Assembly: GCA_947085195.1 (NCBI GenBank) | Contig: CAMTVM010000019.1 | Location: forward strand, 25,955 to 89,954 | DNA length: 64,000 nucleotides | Source of the DNA: an uncultured Chloroflexota bacterium | GTDB lineage: Bacteria > Chloroflexota > Limnocylindria > Limnocylindrales > CSP1-4 | Reading direction: 5' to 3' | In this document: piece after piece, positions 28,715 through 36,920 of the stretch | How positions within the stretch are numbered: the first letter of the stretch is position 1 | Layout of the letters: every line of letters begins with the position of its first letter | The notes under the pieces: generated by a model | The model's database searches: none | What the model saw: the letters and a program-made list of their open reading frames with translations, nothing else | What the model was told of the DNA's origin: nothing | Made by a program: the position numbers and the translations under genes

Positions 28715-29491
28715 ATGACCGTCTCCTCCGGCACGCCGCCGTCCCTGTTCGAGCGCCTCGTCGGGCGCGGCCGCCCGGACCGCCCGGACCGCCCGGACCA
28801 CAACGTCGTCGTCCTGCACGACGTGACGATGCGCTATCCCAACGGCAAGGAGGCCCTCCGCGAGGTGGACCTCGTCGTGCCGGAGGGCGACTTCGTGTTC
28901 CTCGTCGGGCCATCGGGCGCCGGCAAGTCCACGCTGATGAAGCTGCTGATCCGCGACGAGCTGGCGACCCGGGGCGATGTCCTGGTCGACGGCCATGACC
29001 TCGCCCGGATCCCGCGCCGGATGGTCCCCAAGGTACGCCGCAAGATCGGCATCGTCTTCCAGGACTTCAAGCTGCTGCCCCGCAAGACCGTGTGGGAGAA
29101 CGTGGCCTTCGCCCTGGAGGTCACCGGGTCCTCACGCCGCACGATCCGCCCGGCCGTGAACCGGGTGCTGGCGCTGGTGGGCCTCACCGCCCAGGCGGAC
29201 CAGACCCCGACCCAGCTCTCCGGCGGTGAGCAGCAGCGGACGGCCATCGCCCGCGCGCTCGTGCACGACCCCCGGCTGATCATCGCGGACGAGCCCACCG
29301 GGAACCTGGACCCCGTCATCAGCTGGGAGATCATCCAGCTCCTGCTCCGGATCAACGAGCTGGGCGTCACGATCCTCATGGGCACCCACGACGCCGAGGT
29401 GGTGACCGCGCTGCGCAAGCGCGTCGTGGCGCTGGAGGACGGCCGCGTCATCCGCGACGAGACCGGCGCGACCTACCACCGTGAGGACTGA
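28715..29491 (+). CDS. ftsE: Cell division ATP-binding protein FtsE
   Basis: GPSGAGKST, VFQDFKLL, LSGGEQQR, ADEPTGNLDP. Confidence 0.92.
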   Translation: MTVSSGTPPSLFERLVGRGRPDRPDRPDHNVVVLHDVTMRYPNGKEALREVDLVVPEGDFVFLVGPSGAGKSTLMKLLIRDELATRGDVLVDGHDLARIPRRMVPKVRRKIGIVFQDFKLLPRKTVWENVAFALEVTGSSRRTIRPAVNRVLALVGLTAQADQTPTQLSGGEQQRTAIARALVHDPRLIIADEPTGNLDPVISWEIIQLLLRINELGVTILMGTHDAEVVTALRKRVVALEDGRVIRDETGATYHRED

Positions 29492-29497
29492 CCCGCG

Positions 29498-30382
29498 GTG
29501 ATCACGTTCGTCGCCTTCTCGCTCCGGCGGGCCTGGCAGGGGTTCTGGCGCAACGCGCTGATGAGCCTCGCGGCCACGCTCACGATGGTCCTCATGCTGC
29601 TGCTCCTGGCCGGCTTCTTCGTCCTCCAGAACGTCCTGCTCGCCAGCCTCTCGTTCGTGGAGCAGAAGGTGGAGGTGGTCGCCTACGTCGAGAACACTGC
29701 CACGCAGGAGCAGGTGGAGGCGCTGGTGGCGAAGATCGACGGGATGCCGGAGTCCGCGTCGGTCGAGTTCGTGTCGCGGGAGGAGGCACTCCGCCGGTTC
29801 CGCGAGGCGCAGGAGGCGCAGGGCCGCGAGGACCTGACGAAGTACCTCGAGGCGAACCCGCTGTACGCGAGCATCAACATCAAGCTGCGGGCCCCGGGGG
29901 ACCTGGACGCCGTGGCCGGGGCGGTGCGCGACGAGGCGATCGTGCGCAACGTGCTCAACATCGAGGCCCTGGTGGAGCGCGTGGTCACGGTGACGTCGTT
30001 CGTCCGGACCGCGGGCGTCGCGATGGTCGCGGTGGTCGGGCTCATCGTGCTGTTCATCATCGTGAACACGATCCGGCTCGCGGTGGTGGCACGGGCGGAG
30101 GAGATCGAGATCATGCGCCTGGTGGGCGCGTCGGACGCGTTCATCCGCTGGCCGTTCGTGTTCGAGGGCGCGCTGGTGGGACTGCTGGGCTCCCTGGTGG
30201 CGCTGGGGCTGCTCGTGGCTGCCGCCGATCCGCTGTCCGCGGCGATGGTCGGGTTCTTCAACGTGCTGCCGCTGCAGTTCGGGTCGCTCGGCCGGGACAC
30301 GGCGATGATCGTCCTCGGGACAGGGCTGGGGCTGGGCGTGCTTGGCTCGTGGCTGTCCGTGCGGACGTACCTCATCCGCTGA
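29498..30382 (+). CDS. ftsX: Cell division permease FtsX
   Basis: NPLYAS, IVNTIRL, EIEIMRLVGASDAFIRWPFVFEG. Confidence 0.92.
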   Translation: MITFVAFSLRRAWQGFWRNALMSLAATLTMVLMLLLLAGFFVLQNVLLASLSFVEQKVEVVAYVENTATQEQVEALVAKIDGMPESASVEFVSREEALRRFREAQEAQGREDLTKYLEANPLYASINIKLRAPGDLDAVAGAVRDEAIVRNVLNIEALVERVVTVTSFVRTAGVAMVAVVGLIVLFIIVNTIRLAVVARAEEIEIMRLVGASDAFIRWPFVFEGALVGLLGSLVALGLLVAAADPLSAAMVGFFNVLPLQFGSLGRDTAMIVLGTGLGLGVLGSWLSVRTYLIR

Positions 30383-30465
30383 GGCTGATCCGCGGCCCGG
30401 ATCCGGGTCCGGCTGTACGCTGGCCGCCCGCGCCCCCAGGGCGCAGCCACCGACCGAGACCGCAC

Positions 30466-31929
30466 ATGTCCCTTGAACCGACCGCCCCGCACGAGCACGA
30501 GCCGGTCGGCGCCGCTCCGGTGGCGCCCACGGCCGCAGAGGCTCCCGCCGCCGCGCCGGTAGCGCCCACGCCCGCAGCCGCGCCGGTGGCGCCCGCAGCC
30601 GCCGACGCTCCGACATCTCCTCCCCGCCGACGCGTCGGGGTCCTGGTCGTGGCCGCCTCGCTGATCGCGGTCCTGGCCGGGGGGGCGCTCTTCCTGTCCG
30701 GCTGGACCCTCGGCCGCCACACGGCGCTGACACCGGGCACGCCCACCGGCGAGGCCGAGGCCTTCCAGCCGTTCTGGGATACCTACCGCGCCATCACGGA
30801 TCGCTACGCGGGCGGAGAGGTGGACCGCCGCGCCCTGATCGAGGGCGCAATCGACGGCATGATCGGCGCGCTCGACGACCCCTACTCGCAGTACCTCACC
30901 TCCGAAGAGTTCAAGCAGACCCTGCGCGACATCTCAGGCGAGTTCGAGGGCATCGGCGCGACCATCGGCACCGTGGATGCCGCCGGGGGGACCTCGTCCT
31001 GCTCGACGATCGCCGCCGACTGCCGGCTGGTGGTCGTGGCACCGATCCCGGGCTCGCCGGCCGACAGGGCCGGCCTGGAGCCCGGCGACGTCATCACGCG
31101 GATCGACGGCGACTCGCTCGACGGCCTCACCGTGGACGAGGCCCGGGGCAGGATCCGCGGACCCAAGGACACGACGGTGCGCCTGACGCTGGAACGCGGC
31201 TCGGAGACGATCCAGATCGAGATCGTGCGCGCCGTGATCATCACGCCCGAGGTGGAGTCGCGGGACCTGGCCGGCGGGACCGTGGGCTACATCCGGCTGA
31301 TCGGATTCTCCGACCACTCGGCGGAGGCGCTGGACAGGGTGGCGGCCGAGCACGTGAAGGCCGGCCGCACGAAGCTGATCCTCGACCTGCGGGGCAACGC
31401 CGGCGGGTACGTGACCGCGGCTCGCGAAGTTGCCAGCCAGTTCCTGGCGGACGGCACGATCTTCTGGCAGGAGGACGCCGAGGGAAACCTGACCGAGACC
31501 GTGGCCGAGCCGGGCGGCGCCGCGACGGATGCCGCGATCCGGCTGGTGGTCCTCGTGGACGGAGGTTCCGCGTCCGCGTCGGAGATCGTGGCGGGCGCCC
31601 TGCAGGACCGCGGGCGGGCGGAAGTCATCGGGACCAACACCTTCGGCAAGGGCACGGTCCAGCAGTGGACGCAGCTCGAGGGCGACAGCGGCGGGTTCCG
31701 GCTGACGATTGCCAAGTGGCTGACGCCGGACAAGACCTGGATCCACGGGAAGGGGATCACCCCGGATCTGGTCGTGGACGCCGCCCCGGCGAAGCCCGGG
31801 GATGACCCGGTGCTGGACGCGGCGCTCCGGGAGCTGGGCGCCACCGCGACCGGGTCCGGGGTTCGCGCCGCAGCCTTCGGCCGCGGTGGAACGAGGCAGC
31901 ATCGGGCCGACCACCAGCCGCTCTGGTAA
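30466..31929 (+). CDS. ctpA: S41 family carboxyl-terminal protease with PDZ domain
   Basis: LDDPYS, FEGIGA, LDLRGNAGG, SASASEIVAGALQD, TFGKGTVQ. Confidence 0.9.
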   Translation: MSLEPTAPHEHEPVGAAPVAPTAAEAPAAAPVAPTPAAAPVAPAAADAPTSPPRRRVGVLVVAASLIAVLAGGALFLSGWTLGRHTALTPGTPTGEAEAFQPFWDTYRAITDRYAGGEVDRRALIEGAIDGMIGALDDPYSQYLTSEEFKQTLRDISGEFEGIGATIGTVDAAGGTSSCSTIAADCRLVVVAPIPGSPADRAGLEPGDVITRIDGDSLDGLTVDEARGRIRGPKDTTVRLTLERGSETIQIEIVRAVIITPEVESRDLAGGTVGYIRLIGFSDHSAEALDRVAAEHVKAGRTKLILDLRGNAGGYVTAAREVASQFLADGTIFWQEDAEGNLTETVAEPGGAATDAAIRLVVLVDGGSASASEIVAGALQDRGRAEVIGTNTFGKGTVQQWTQLEGDSGGFRLTIAKWLTPDKTWIHGKGITPDLVVDAAPAKPGDDPVLDAALRELGATATGSGVRAAAFGRGGTRQHRADHQPLW

Positions 31930-32053
31930 GTGACAGGGGCGGGAGCAACACATGGACGGAAGTGACCCGCCGGCACCCGTCGATCGGCCGACCCCGGCGG
32001 AACCGGGGTGCGCCGCGATGTAGGACGCCCGCGGCCAGAAACCCCCGGGGGGG

Positions 32054-32082
32054 TTGCACCAATCCGGATCATCGGTTACGGT
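32054..32082 (+). promoter_or_regulatory. sigma70-type promoter driving the structured RNA upstream of smpB
   Basis: TTGCAC-N17-TACGGT. Confidence 0.6.
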
Positions 32083-32110
32083 CCGCACGAACGAAAGGAG
32101 GTGATGTGCA

Positions 32111-32161
32111 GTGATCGACAGTCGCAGTTACTGCACCACCTCGTTGGAGATCGCCGCCTAG
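32111..32161 (+). CDS. Putative 16-aa peptide MIDSRSYCTTSLEIAA
   Basis: GAAAGGAGGTGAT RBS, GTG at typical spacing, TAG stop. Confidence 0.45.
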   Translation: MIDSRSYCTTSLEIAA

Positions 32162-32192
32162 TTGCGATCCCGACGGGTGGTCGGTAGCAAGT

Positions 32193-32222
32193 GAACGCCG
32201 GTCCGGCAACGGGCCGGCGTTC
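32193..32222 (+). terminator. GC-rich hairpin, terminator-like with weak U-tract
   Basis: GAACGCCGGTCCG-GCAA-CGGGCCGGCGTTC. Confidence 0.5.
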
Positions 32223-32358
32223 GTGCGTCCGGCGGCCGGCGTTCGTGCGTCCGGGGGCCGGCGTTCGTGCGTCCGGGGGCCGGCGACGCCTGGGCAACCG
32301 GCGACGGGTGTCGGGCGTCCGACCGGGGACCGGCGGCGCCTGGGCAACCGGCGACGGG
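32212..32358. repeat. Tandem repeats: 3 x 22 bp plus 2 x 29 bp
   Basis: GGCCGGCGTTCGTGCGTCCGG(C/G) x3 (32212-32277); CCGGCG(A/G)CGCCTGGGCAACCGGCGACGGG at 32280 and 32330. Confidence 0.9.
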
Positions 32359-32407
32359 CGCCGCGCGTGCGACACTGGCCGTCCCGCCCCCACCGGAGGA
32401 GCCAGCC

Positions 32408-32866
32408 ATCGGCGAGACCATCGCCCAGAACCGAAGAGCCCGTCACGACTACAGCATCGAGGACACCTTCGAGGCCGGTATCGTGCTGCGCGGCACCGAG
32501 ATCAAAAGCGTCCGCGCCCACAAGGTGAGCCTGGCGGACGCCTACGCGCGGATCGAGCGCAACGAGGCCTGGATCATCGGCCTCCATATCGCCCCGTGGG
32601 AATCCACCGACATCCGGTTCAACCACGAGCCGAAGCGCGCCCGGAAGCTGCTCCTTCACCGTCGCGAGATCGACGAGCTCCTGGGCAAGACCAAGGCGAA
32701 GGGCCTGACGATCGTGCCGCTCTCGATCTACATCTCGCGGGGCAGGGCGAAGGTCGAGCTGGGCCTGGCGCGCGGCAAGCAGACGTGGGACCGCCGGCGG
32801 GAGATCGCCGAGCGGGATGCGAAGCGGGACATGGACCGGCAGGTGGCCGACGCGCGCAGGCGCTAG
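32408..32866 (+). CDS. smpB: SsrA-binding protein SmpB (probable AUC start)
   Basis: IAQNRRARHDY, EAGIVLRGTEIKS, RKLLLHRREI, GKQTWDRR; GGAGGAG RBS 6 nt before in-frame ATC. Confidence 0.93.
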   Translation: MGETIAQNRRARHDYSIEDTFEAGIVLRGTEIKSVRAHKVSLADAYARIERNEAWIIGLHIAPWESTDIRFNHEPKRARKLLLHRREIDELLGKTKAKGLTIVPLSIYISRGRAKVELGLARGKQTWDRRREIAERDAKRDMDRQVADARRR

Positions 32867-32894
32867 GCCGGATCCAACGCGGAGGAGACGATCG

Positions 32895-33947
32895 ATGCGG
32901 CTGGCGCGGATGCTCCAGGCAGTCGACCTGCACGCGGCGGGGGAGCCGGGCCGGGTGGTCGTGGGTGGTGTCCTCGACGTCCCCGGCGCCACCATGCTTG
33001 ACAAGGCGCACCACCTCGAGCGCCACGGCGACGAGCTTCGCCGCCTCCTGCTCCGCGAGCCGCGCGGCTACCCGGCCCTGTGCGCCAACGTCATCCTGCC
33101 GCCCACGCACCCGGACGCCGATGCCGGCTTCGTGATCCTGGAGCACGTCGAGTACCCGGGCATGTCCGGGACGAACACGATCTGCGTGGCCACGGCACTG
33201 CTCGAGACCGGCGTGCTGCCGATGACGGAGCCCGTGACCGAGATCACGCTGGAGGCGCCCGCCGGGCTGATCCGGATCCGCGCGACGTGCGCCGGGGGCA
33301 AGGTCACCGGGATCACGTTCCACAACGTCCCGGCCTTCGCGACCCACCTGGACACGCCCATCGAGGTGCCGCAGCTGGGCACCGTGATCGTCGACGTGGC
33401 GTACGGCGGGATGTTCTATGTCATCGCGGATGCGGAGGCGCTCGGCTTCCGGCTGGCCCCGGACGAGGGCCGGGACATCACCCGCGTCACCGAGATGATC
33501 AAGGCCGCGGCCGCGGAACAGCTGCCGGTCGTCCACCCGGAGCAGCCGGTGTTCGCCGGGATCACCATCGGCCAGCTGTCCGGCCCGCCGCACGATCCAC
33601 GGAACTCCTGGCGGAACGTCGTGACGCTCTCCACGGGGACGCTGGACTGGGCCAAGCCGTCCACCTGGACGGGGGTGATCGACCGGTCGCCGTGCGGGAC
33701 CGGGACGAGCGCGAAGATGGCGACGCTTCACGCGAGGGGCCGGCTTCACGTGGGCGACGAGTTCCGCCACGAGGGCATCCTGGACACGGTGTTCACCGGG
33801 CGGGTGGAGGCGGAGACGCGGGTCGGGGAGCGCGCGGCGATCGTGCCGTCCATCACCGGCACCGCGTGGATCACCGGCTTTGCGAACTACGTCCTGGACC
33901 CCACGGACCCGTTCCCCGAGGGCTACACGGTCGGCGATCTCTGGTAG
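32895..33947 (+). CDS. Proline racemase/hydroxyproline epimerase family protein (Ser/Cys pair)
   Basis: DLHAAGEPGR, EPRG, GMSGTNTIC, DVAYGG, DRSPCGTGT. Confidence 0.88.
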   Translation: MRLARMLQAVDLHAAGEPGRVVVGGVLDVPGATMLDKAHHLERHGDELRRLLLREPRGYPALCANVILPPTHPDADAGFVILEHVEYPGMSGTNTICVATALLETGVLPMTEPVTEITLEAPAGLIRIRATCAGGKVTGITFHNVPAFATHLDTPIEVPQLGTVIVDVAYGGMFYVIADAEALGFRLAPDEGRDITRVTEMIKAAAAEQLPVVHPEQPVFAGITIGQLSGPPHDPRNSWRNVVTLSTGTLDWAKPSTWTGVIDRSPCGTGTSAKMATLHARGRLHVGDEFRHEGILDTVFTGRVEAETRVGERAAIVPSITGTAWITGFANYVLDPTDPFPEGYTVGDLW

Positions 33948-33986
33948 AGCGCGTTTGGTACCCGACGATCGCCAGCCTCCCTCGTC

Positions 33987-34340
33987 CTACCGCAGCAGGT
34001 AGCGCCGGCTGAGCGGAACCTCCGAGACCGCCTCCACGGCCAGCAACCGCCCGCCCAGGGACACCGCCCCGGACCGCACGTCGATCTCCACCGGCACCGT
34101 CGCCCGGTTGGCATACAGCGAGGAGCGGGTCAGCCCGCGCAGCCCGCGCACCGGGATCAGCGTCCGCCGCGTGCCCAGCCGTCGCGCCAGCGCCGCCCGG
34201 TCGATCCCCGAGGCCACGAACGTCACCGCCACCCTCGGTGCCGCGGACGGGCACGCCGCCTCAGTGACGCGCGCGACGAGGGTTGGCGGCGGCAGCTCGG
34301 GGCCGATGGTGTGGACGTGCGAGTCCACGACGCCTGGCGA
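33987..34340 (-). pseudogene. ureC: Urease alpha subunit relic with large internal deletion
   Basis: PGVVDSHVH (urease metal-ligand HxH) joined directly to a UreC-like C-terminus ...VRGLRGLTRSSLYANRATVPVEID...VPLSRRYLL. Confidence 0.6.
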
Positions 34341-34416
34341 CGGGCCGGTAGCGGCGTGCGGAACCGGGCGGGGTCCCCGCCCGTCCGGGAGGTGGGCGTC
34401 CCGCTCGAAATGAGGC

Positions 34417-35721
34417 ATGACGATGAAGCGGATCGTGGCTGGTTTCCTGGTCCTGGCCCTTGTCGCGGGATGCGGCGCGTCGGGTGCGCCCGGCCCGTCA
34501 AGCAGCGGCACGACCGCCGGCGACATCGAGCTGGCGGCCGTCAACATCGCGCACCTGACCGGCAGTGACGAGGACGCGGCGTCCGCCGGCAAGGCGATCA
34601 ACGCCTTCGGCCTGGCCCTCTACCAGCGGCTCGCCGCTGATGACCCTTCCGCCAACCTGGTCGTGTCGCCGACGAGCGTCGCGCTCGCGCTGTCGATGGC
34701 GCGGGCCGGCGCCCGCGGCCAGACGGCGGCAGAGATGGACGCCGTACTGCGGAACCTGGCGACGGACGAGCACGCCGCATGGGTGGCGGCGCTCGACTCC
34801 CTGCTGAACGCGCGGACAGGCACGTTCCCCGACCGCTCCGGCGACCCGCAGGACGTGACGCTCCGGATCGTCAACGCGCCGTTCGCCCAGCGCGGCTTCG
34901 CGCTGGAGACGCCGTACATCGAGGCCCTCGGGGAGCGCTTCGGGGCCGGCCTGCGCCTGGTGGACTACATCAACGCGGCCGAGGCCGCGCGCGTGGCCAT
35001 CAACGGCTGGGTGAAGGAGCAGACGGAGCGGCGGATCCCGGAGCTGCTGGCCGAGGGCACCGTGAACGACCTGACCCGCCTCGTGCTGGTCAACGCGATC
35101 TATCTCAAGGCGGCGTGGCAGGTCCCGTTCGTGGAGGGCGGGACGGTACCTGCCCCGTTCACGCGGCTCGACGGCACGACCGTCGACGTCCAGATGATGC
35201 AGACCTCGTCGGAGCTTCCCTACGCCTCGGGCGACGGTTGGCGCGCGGTCGAGCTGCCGTACGTCGGTGGCAAGCTGTCGATGCTGGTCATCGTCCCGGA
35301 TGACCTGGCCGCCTTCGAGGCGTCCCTCGACGGCGCGGCGCTGGCCGGCATGGTCGACGGGCTGGCGGCACGCACCGTCCAGCTCGGCCTGCCGAAGTTC
35401 GGCACCGAGACGCACCTCGACCTGAAGGACATCCTGGCCGGGCTGGGGATGCCCACGGCGTTCACCGAGGACGCCGACTTCACGGGTATCACCAGGGAGG
35501 ACCGGCTCCTCATCAGCGCCGTCATCCACCAGGCGAACATCGACGTGGACGAGAAGGGCACCGAGGCCGCCGCGGCCACGGCCGTGATCCTCCAGGCCGT
35601 GTCGGCCCCGCTCGACATCGTCACGTTGACCGTCGACCGGCCGTTCCTGTTCGCGCTGCGCGACATGGAGACGGGGGCCGTGCTGTTCCTCGGCCGGGTG
35701 GCGGACCCGTCGGTGGAGTAG
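34417..35721 (+). CDS. Serpin family lipoprotein
   Basis: Lipobox LVAGC; NLVVSPTS, LVLVNAIYLKAAW, hinge EKGTEAAAATA, DRPFLF, LFLGRV. Confidence 0.92.
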   Translation: MTMKRIVAGFLVLALVAGCGASGAPGPSSSGTTAGDIELAAVNIAHLTGSDEDAASAGKAINAFGLALYQRLAADDPSANLVVSPTSVALALSMARAGARGQTAAEMDAVLRNLATDEHAAWVAALDSLLNARTGTFPDRSGDPQDVTLRIVNAPFAQRGFALETPYIEALGERFGAGLRLVDYINAAEAARVAINGWVKEQTERRIPELLAEGTVNDLTRLVLVNAIYLKAAWQVPFVEGGTVPAPFTRLDGTTVDVQMMQTSSELPYASGDGWRAVELPYVGGKLSMLVIVPDDLAAFEASLDGAALAGMVDGLAARTVQLGLPKFGTETHLDLKDILAGLGMPTAFTEDADFTGITREDRLLISAVIHQANIDVDEKGTEAAAATAVILQAVSAPLDIVTLTVDRPFLFALRDMETGAVLFLGRVADPSVE

Positions 35722-35737
35722 GGCCGGCGCGCCCGCG

Positions 35738-35899
35738 CCTGAACGCCGGCCGTCCGGTGCGGCGGACTTGGTGGCCTCGTGATCGCCGGGCGTTCAACCT
35801 GGCGGTTACCTGGCTCCGGAACCGCCGGCTCGCTCGCTCAGCGTTCGAGCTGGCGGCGAGCGGTCGGGGAACCGCTGCAGTGAACGGCTGGCGTTCAGG
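35738..35899. other. Multi-stem structured element bounded by a 16-bp inverted repeat
   Basis: CCTGAACGCCGGCCGT ... ACGGCTGGCGTTCAGG enclosing several internal hairpins. Confidence 0.5.
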
Positions 35900-35971
35900 A
35901 CTGCCGGGAGCTGGAGTCAGTCGTCCCGCGTACGGGCCGGGCTGGCCGTCCACAACAGGCCGGGCGGCCGG

Positions 35972-36000
35972 TTGGCCCCGCCGCCGGCCGGTGCTACCAT
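35972..36000 (+). promoter_or_regulatory. Promoter of ssrA
   Basis: TTGGCC-N17-TACCAT with extended TGn, 30 nt before the mature 5' end. Confidence 0.6.
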
Positions 36001-36029
36001 TCGCTCCCCGAACGGTGGTTCGGTCCTGT

Positions 36030-36401
36030 GGGGATGCGTGGTTTCGACAGGGCTTGGCTGCCAGGGAACGCGAGCCGAGGTGCCGTCAGGCCTCGTTAAA
36101 CCGGCGGCAAACGAAGTAACTGCCGACAAGCAGCCTGCTCTCGCCCTCGCCGCTTAGGCGGTAAGGTGAGCGTGGAAGCGGCCTCCCCTTCGCGGGCCGT
36201 GGAAGCGTCACTCAGCGAAGGTGCGACCCGGATGAGTGCCACGTGATCCGGAGCCAAGCCCGATCTAGGGACACGTGACTGGGCCGGACAGAAGCCTGCC
36301 GATGGGCGTCCGACCGGCTGACGAAAACCATCGGACACGCTCGTAGTGGGTCCTGGCGAAGGGTTCTGGACGGGGAGTTCGACTCTCCCCCATCTCCACC
36401 A
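36030..36401 (+). ncRNA. ssrA: tmRNA; tag (A)ADKQPALALAA
   Basis: 5' GGGGATG pairs with CATCTCC-ACCA (G3-U wobble), T-arm GGGAGTTCGACTCTCCC, tag ORF 36122-36157 after TAACT. Confidence 0.96.
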
Positions 36402-36555
36402 ACACGCTGCATAGAATCGCGGGGGCAATACCCCCCAGTCACTGATCCCGTGTCCCGAAAGGCACAAGTTGGGTCGCGTCCCGGCGCGGCTGGAAAAGCA
36501 CTGACGGCTCAGGCTCCTCCGCGCGACAGGATACGGTGCTGGTCGGGCTCTGGCA

Positions 36556-36708
36556 TCACCTCCCCGTCGACGTGCGCAGGACCGCCGCGATCAGGCGGGT
36601 GACCTCGGTCGGATCGGCCTCGCGTTCTCGGCGCTGCCCGTCGCGGAGCCGCCAGGCGCGCTGGCGGCAGGCCCCGCCGCAGTAGCGCTGGCGGCGCCCG
36701 GTGCCCAA
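36556..36708 (-). pseudogene. Truncated small Zn-finger-like ORF (mobile-element type)
   Basis: GTGRRQRYCGGACRQRAWR motif; the N-terminal CxxC half is missing and there is an in-frame stop upstream. Confidence 0.4.
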
Positions 36709-36920
36709 GGGGTGCAGGATAGGGATTCACCCACTACCACGCGCCGGCCATGCGATCTACGGTCGCCCTGTGCCCGACGAACGCGGGGAGTACCGCGGGG
36801 AGCGCGAAGGGGGTGCAGATGGTGCCTTGTTGAGCCCTCCCCGAAGCCACCCGAGGAGAACCACCGTTGCGACACTCACTGATTGAACGCCTGTTCAGTG
36901 GCTTCCTCGGCGCAGTCCTC

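Larger units (their letters stand above)
32089..32222 (+). ncRNA. Candidate structured leader or small RNA upstream of smpB
   Basis: Stem GAGGTG/CACCTC plus GTGCAGTGA/TTACTGCAC; stems GATCGC/GCGATC and CCGAC/GTCGG; terminal 13-bp hairpin with GCAA loop. Confidence 0.5.

Noticed and set aside
32093-32105. Possible 16S rRNA 3' fragment on the minus strand
   Set aside because: The match is limited to the 13-nt anti-SD; flanks do not resemble 16S
32104-32187. Alternative 27-aa ORF MCSDRQSQ... from ATG 32104
   Set aside because: The ATG lies within the SD-pairing region, too close for efficient initiation; GTG 32111 has normal spacing
32212-32358. Possible CRISPR array
   Set aside because: Repeats are contiguous or only two copies, with no series of unique spacers and no cas genes
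35738-35899. 6S RNA or tRNA assignment for the structured element
   Set aside because: Multi-branched rather than a rod with central bulge; no cloverleaf or CCA end
36420-36510. Possible riboswitch after ssrA (GGGGG-CAATA-CCCCC and GAAA hairpins)
   Set aside because: No recognisable aptamer consensus; more likely a terminator-like or island-junction sequence
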